Source of the DNA: a virus | Length of the DNA stretch: 64,000 bases | Direction: 5' to 3' (one strand) | IMG/VR virus record: IMGVR_UViG_3300032323_003899 | Coordinates: 6,818-70,817 of that record | Shown: in pieces, positions 60,439 through 64,000 of the stretch | Numbering within the stretch: the stretch's first letter is position 1 | How the letters are laid out: the number at the start of each line of letters is the position of its first letter | Position numbers and translations under genes: made by a program | The notes under the pieces: model-generated | Told to the model about the DNA's origin: nothing | What the model saw: the letters and a program-made list of their open reading frames with translations, nothing else | Database searches by the model: none

Positions 60439-62303
60439 CACAGATTAGAATAGATGGTATCACTGGGGTTACTTATCCTGTCGACCTGTATGTTGCAGAC
60501 ATATATGGAAACAATAGGTATTTTCTTGCCACTATATCTTCAGGTCCAGTACCACCAGAGTTAGCATATACTACGTTACCACCAATATTTGAGACAGCTC
60601 CATCGGTAATGTTGATAATGATTGATGCAAACGACTGTCAAAAATTTGAAATTTTACCTTGTCAAATTGCTTCTCCTACACCAACACCAACTCCATCGAT
60701 TACTCCATCAAATACTCCAACTGCAACAGTTACTCCTTCAGTAACACCAACAAATACAATTACACCAACGGTTACACCAACAATTCAATCAACATCAACA
60801 CCTACAATAACACCAACCCCAACACAAACTCCGACATCTACTGTTACTCCATCTGTTACACCAACAGAAAATATTACTCCAACACCGACATCAACTGTTA
60901 CTGGAACTGAAACTCCAACACCAACACCGTCGATTACGGCAACAATAACTCCAACTGAAACACAAACTCCAACACCAACACAGACTCCTACAGTCACAAC
61001 AACACAGACTCCTACAGTCACAACAACAGTTACACCAACACTGACCGAAACTCCTACACAAACTCCAACACCATCGTTAACACCGGCAATAATTACAACT
61101 GCTTACTTAATTATGGATGTTAATACTGTTGCTCAAAGAAATGATTTGGCTTCCTACATGTTAAGTCAAGGAAGTACGTGGGGTGGATTTAATATAGGTA
61201 ACCCATTAGGGGCATTAGGTGATAGTCCATTAGATGTTAATACACCGGCTGTTGCTACGGGTGCTGCGGGTATGCCAAACTCACCGGCAATTACAACCGT
61301 TACTAATGGTGATGTAATTGTTTCATTAGGATTCTTAGATGACGAAGTTGTTGCATCTTCAGTACTTGCACCTACAGGATATAGTTTGATAGGTGCGGCA
61401 CAATACGGTAGTATTGAAAACGGGGCTACTGTTATGGCAGCATTCCTACAACAAGCAACTGCCGGACTGACAAATCCTGGGGTATTTGGTGGAACTGGAA
61501 GTGACGCTTGGGTTGCTTCAACAATTGCTTTGAGACCTGTTGCAGGTGCAATACCACAAATCTCTTACATAGGTCAAACACAATCAACAACAACATCAAT
61601 TACATTACCTACAGGATTACAAGAAAATGATTTGGTGGTTATTGCAAGTGCGAGTGATGTAACGGCACAAACCTTACCTATAGGATATACTAATGGTCAA
61701 AATGGAAACCAAGGAGTACAGTACAGGTGGTCTTATAAGTTTATGGGGGTTACACCTGATACTACAGCAACAGGATTGTCACCAACTTCTGTACACATAG
61801 CATTTGCGTTCAGAGGAGTGAGTGGTCCAGTTCTTGCACAACAAAACTTCAACAATAGATTTAATGCTTATATGAGTTACTCAGGATGGGGAACTACACA
61901 ACCAGCAATATTGACGGCACCAATATCAAACTTGACAAGAGGTGTTGATTCATTTGGTGTACCTGTTGTTGCCGGAAGATTCCAAACTACGGTTGTATCT
62001 GCAACTACTCTTCCTGTTACAGGTGGTCAAAGTCCACAGGCTTGGTATACATGGTTTGTTCCTACAGGGTCAACGCCAGGTCAAGCATACACAGCAATTT
62101 CAATAAGTAGAAATCCTACTACACAACAAGAAATTGCGTCAACACTTAACTTCTACAATAGAGTTGTGAACTATAGCGGTTCTACAAATATACCTGCAGG
62201 ATTCTATAGAGTTTACACATCATATTCACAGAATGGATTGAGACCAAGACTAAACGGACAAAACTTCTACTTTAGAGGAGGAAATACTAGAGTAAACCTT
62301 TAG
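60435..62303 (+). CDS. Fibre-like protein with a long Pro/Thr mucin-like linker
   Basis: About 135 aa of TPTPT/TVTPS repeats between globular domains. Confidence 0.75.
   Translation: MTQIRIDGITGVTYPVDLYVADIYGNNRYFLATISSGPVPPELAYTTLPPIFETAPSVMLIMIDANDCQKFEILPCQIASPTPTPTPSITPSNTPTATVTPSVTPTNTITPTVTPTIQSTSTPTITPTPTQTPTSTVTPSVTPTENITPTPTSTVTGTETPTPTPSITATITPTETQTPTPTQTPTVTTTQTPTVTTTVTPTLTETPTQTPTPSLTPAIITTAYLIMDVNTVAQRNDLASYMLSQGSTWGGFNIGNPLGALGDSPLDVNTPAVATGAAGMPNSPAITTVTNGDVIVSLGFLDDEVVASSVLAPTGYSLIGAAQYGSIENGATVMAAFLQQATAGLTNPGVFGGTGSDAWVASTIALRPVAGAIPQISYIGQTQSTTTSITLPTGLQENDLVVIASASDVTAQTLPIGYTNGQNGNQGVQYRWSYKFMGVTPDTTATGLSPTSVHIAFAFRGVSGPVLAQQNFNNRFNAYMSYSGWGTTQPAILTAPISNLTRGVDSFGVPVVAGRFQTTVVSATTLPVTGGQSPQAWYTWFVPTGSTPGQAYTAISISRNPTTQQEIASTLNFYNRVVNYSGSTNIPAGFYRVYTSYSQNGLRPRLNGQNFYFRGGNTRVNL
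60672..61086 (+). repeat. Pro/Thr low-complexity coding repeat
   Basis: ACA/CCA/ACT-rich. Exact 24-nt tandem duplication aacacagactcctacagtcacaac at 60977-61024. Confidence 0.9.
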
Positions 62304-62332
62304 TAAAAAAATTATAAAAATATTTATAAGAA

Positions 62333-64000
62333 ATGCCGATAGACCAAACTAATTCATTACCGATTATCAACTATGGAGGAGATGATAACTACCTAGAAAT
62401 GGGTAATGACAACCTTATTACCTTTCAAGGAGTAGGGCCATTAGTTCCGTTACCACCAACTAACGACGGTATCACATGGGATGTGTATAACATCGGTGGT
62501 TACATGTCGGTGAATTTTCTTTCTGATTTATTTTTTACAATTCCATCAGGAACAACAGGTGAAGTTGTAAATGTTGAAACAACTATTCCAATTGACTTCG
62601 ATTATTTCGAAACAATAGGTTTTCCAAATGTTCTTCATCTTAATAATGATGGAATATCTTCAGGAAGAAGGAAAGTTGGTATGCTTGTTTATGTTGCAGA
62701 AACAAATAAAGTCTACCAATATTCTTTCGAAAATTATTCACAACTTTACACAGACGCTTTAGCGTCGGGAGCTTTATACGAATTCTATTCTGAATTCACA
62801 TACCCAACAGACCCTCCAGGAACCAAAGAAATTATAACTTCAATAGAGTGTAATTCGAGTACACCTGAGGGGGTTGCATTCATTGATGCGTGGACAGGTA
62901 ATACAATTGAAGGTGTTGATGGTGTTGAAAGAAACGATGCTAAGTGGAAAATATTTCCATTAGACATTTATATAACTGGAGGTACATACTTCAGTGCCAC
63001 TTCCACTTTGGATTTATACAATAACACGGGTGGTACAATTTCTATTACAGGACTGACAACAAGTAACCCACTCACAATATCAAGTGGGGGAGTACCTATT
63101 GCTTCAGGAGTTACCTCAATAGATTTTGTAGGTTCGGGTATAACCGTCACAAGTAGTGGTAGTTCGGTAACTGTAACACTAAGCGGAGAATCGGGAACCT
63201 CAGGTACTTCTGGTTCATCAGGAACTAGCGGTAGTTCAGGCACATCAGGTTCAAGTGGAACTTCTGGTTCATCAGGGACTAGCGGTGTAGATGGTGTTTC
63301 AGGTACTTCAGGCACATCGGGTTCAAGTGGAACGAGTGGTGTTGATGGTGTTTCAGGCACTTCAGGTACATCTGGCTCATCAGGGACTAGCGGTGTTGAT
63401 GGTGTTTCAGGTACTTCAGGTACATCGGGTTCTAGTGGAACAAGTGGTTCGGCGGGAACATCTGGCTCCGACGGTAGTTCGGGTACGAGTGGTTCATCAG
63501 GAACAAGTGGAAGCTCAGGTACTTCTGGTTCTAGTGGAACTAATGGTAGTTCAGGTACTTCTGGTTCTAGTGGAACTAGTGGTAGTTCAGGTACTTCTGG
63601 TTCTAGTGGAACTAGTGGTAGTTCAGGTACCTCAGGTTCATCGGGAACAAGTGGTAGTTCAGGTACCTCAGGTTCATCGGGAACAAGTGGTGTTGATGGA
63701 GTATCAGGTACTTCGGGTACCTCAGGTTCTAGCGGAACATCAGGTTCATCAGGAACAAGTGGAAGCTCAGGTACATCAGGTTCAGATGGCTCTTCAGGAA
63801 CATCAGGAAGTTCTGGCACAAGTGGTTCTTCAGGAACAAGTGGAAGCTCAGGAACATCAGGAAGTTCTGGCACAAGTGGTTCGTCAGGAAGTTCTGGTAC
63901 ATCAGGTTCGGATGGTTCTTCAGGAACATCAGGAAGTTCTGGTACATCAGGTTCGGATGGCTCTTCAGGAACATCAGGAAGTTCTGGTACAAGTGGTTCA
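62333..64000 (+). CDS. Collagen-like (Gly-X-Y, Ser/Thr-rich) fibre protein, 3'-truncated; absent from the ORF track
   Basis: ATG at 62333 after TATTTATA; MPIDQTNSLP...GRRKVGMLVYV...; frame stays open to the window end. Confidence 0.85.
   Translation, partial: MPIDQTNSLPIINYGGDDNYLEMGNDNLITFQGVGPLVPLPPTNDGITWDVYNIGGYMSVNFLSDLFFTIPSGTTGEVVNVETTIPIDFDYFETIGFPNVLHLNNDGISSGRRKVGMLVYVAETNKVYQYSFENYSQLYTDALASGALYEFYSEFTYPTDPPGTKEIITSIECNSSTPEGVAFIDAWTGNTIEGVDGVERNDAKWKIFPLDIYITGGTYFSATSTLDLYNNTGGTISITGLTTSNPLTISSGGVPIASGVTSIDFVGSGITVTSSGSSVTVTLSGESGTSGTSGSSGTSGSSGTSGSSGTSGSSGTSGVDGVSGTSGTSGSSGTSGVDGVSGTSGTSGSSGTSGVDGVSGTSGTSGSSGTSGSAGTSGSDGSSGTSGSSGTSGSSGTSGSSGTNGSSGTSGSSGTSGSSGTSGSSGTSGSSGTSGSSGTSGSSGTSGSSGTSGVDGVSGTSGTSGSSGTSGSSGTSGSSGTSGSDGSSGTSGSSGTSGSSGTSGSSGTSGSSGTSGSSGSSGTSGSDGSSGTSGSSGTSGSDGSSGTSGSSGTSGS
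63182..64000 (+). repeat. 9-nt-period coding repeat encoding (SGT/SGS/DGV)n
   Basis: Gly at every third codon from 63185 to the end, about 90 triplets, no Pro seen. Confidence 0.95.

Larger units (their letters stand above)
1..64000. mobile_element. Segment of a large T4-like myovirus (probable jumbo phage, likely Bacteroidota host)
   Basis: Sheath, tube, neck and baseplate (gp25/gp6/gp53-like) genes, plus PolB, gp32-like SSB, RecA, DnaB and NrdJ. No host core genes and no integrase seen. Confidence 0.95.

Noticed and set aside
60659-61021. Alternative-frame ORFs (TNTN- and VGVG-rich)
   Set aside because: By-products of the Pro/Thr repeat in other frames.
62968-63992. Minus-strand ORFs (PELPDVPE... 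301 aa; MYQNFLMF... 87 aa)
   Set aside because: Antisense shadows of the plus-strand Gly-Ser-Thr repeat, which has a proper start and upstream motif.
63182-64000. Possible CRISPR array or satellite DNA
   Set aside because: The period is 9 nt with synonymous variation and no unique spacers, so it is a coding repeat.
1-64000. Stop-codon reassignment as seen in some large phages
   Set aside because: Genes are full-length under code 11, and TAA, TGA and TAG all end genes at sensible boundaries.
1-64000. Eukaryotic giant virus origin (suggested by SET, SNF2, PolB, collagen and GT genes)
   Set aside because: The contractile tail, baseplate, RecA, DnaB, gp32-like SSB, overlapping operons and intrinsic terminators identify a bacteriophage.

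Overview
This 64 kb window is an AT-rich, densely coding segment of a large T4-like myovirus (Caudoviricetes; probably a jumbo phage), with no host housekeeping genes. Its host is probably Bacteroidota: there is a TTTG-N20-TATATTTG promoter, A-rich starts without Shine-Dalgarno sequences, SprB repeats and a DUF5522-like gene. Layout, left to right: (1) a glycosyltransferase/methyltransferase island (1-6380); (2) family B DNA polymerase; (3) a minus-strand block of SET-domain, SNF2 and gp13-like neck genes; (4) neck, tail sheath, tube, chaperone, tape-measure and giant baseplate-hub genes (12959-35729); (5) a replication block of gp32-like SSB, RecA, 5'-3' exonuclease, DnaB and class II RNR; (6) baseplate wedge and fibre-like genes, ending in a Pro/Thr mucin-like protein and a truncated proline-free Gly-X-Y (GTS/GSS) collagen-like protein. 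No capsid, portal, terminase, tRNA or CRISPR was seen. Most interesting observations: a possible phage-encoded virion glycosylation system (GT43-, GT7-, GT10- and HtrL-like enzymes plus Ser-Gly/Thr-rich fibres), a candidate UUU_CGC +1 frameshift in the tail chaperone gene, a TATTTAT late-promoter-like motif, an unannotated ribbon-helix-helix gene and a coupled SET-SNF2 pair. All family calls come from motif recognition by eye, not database searches.
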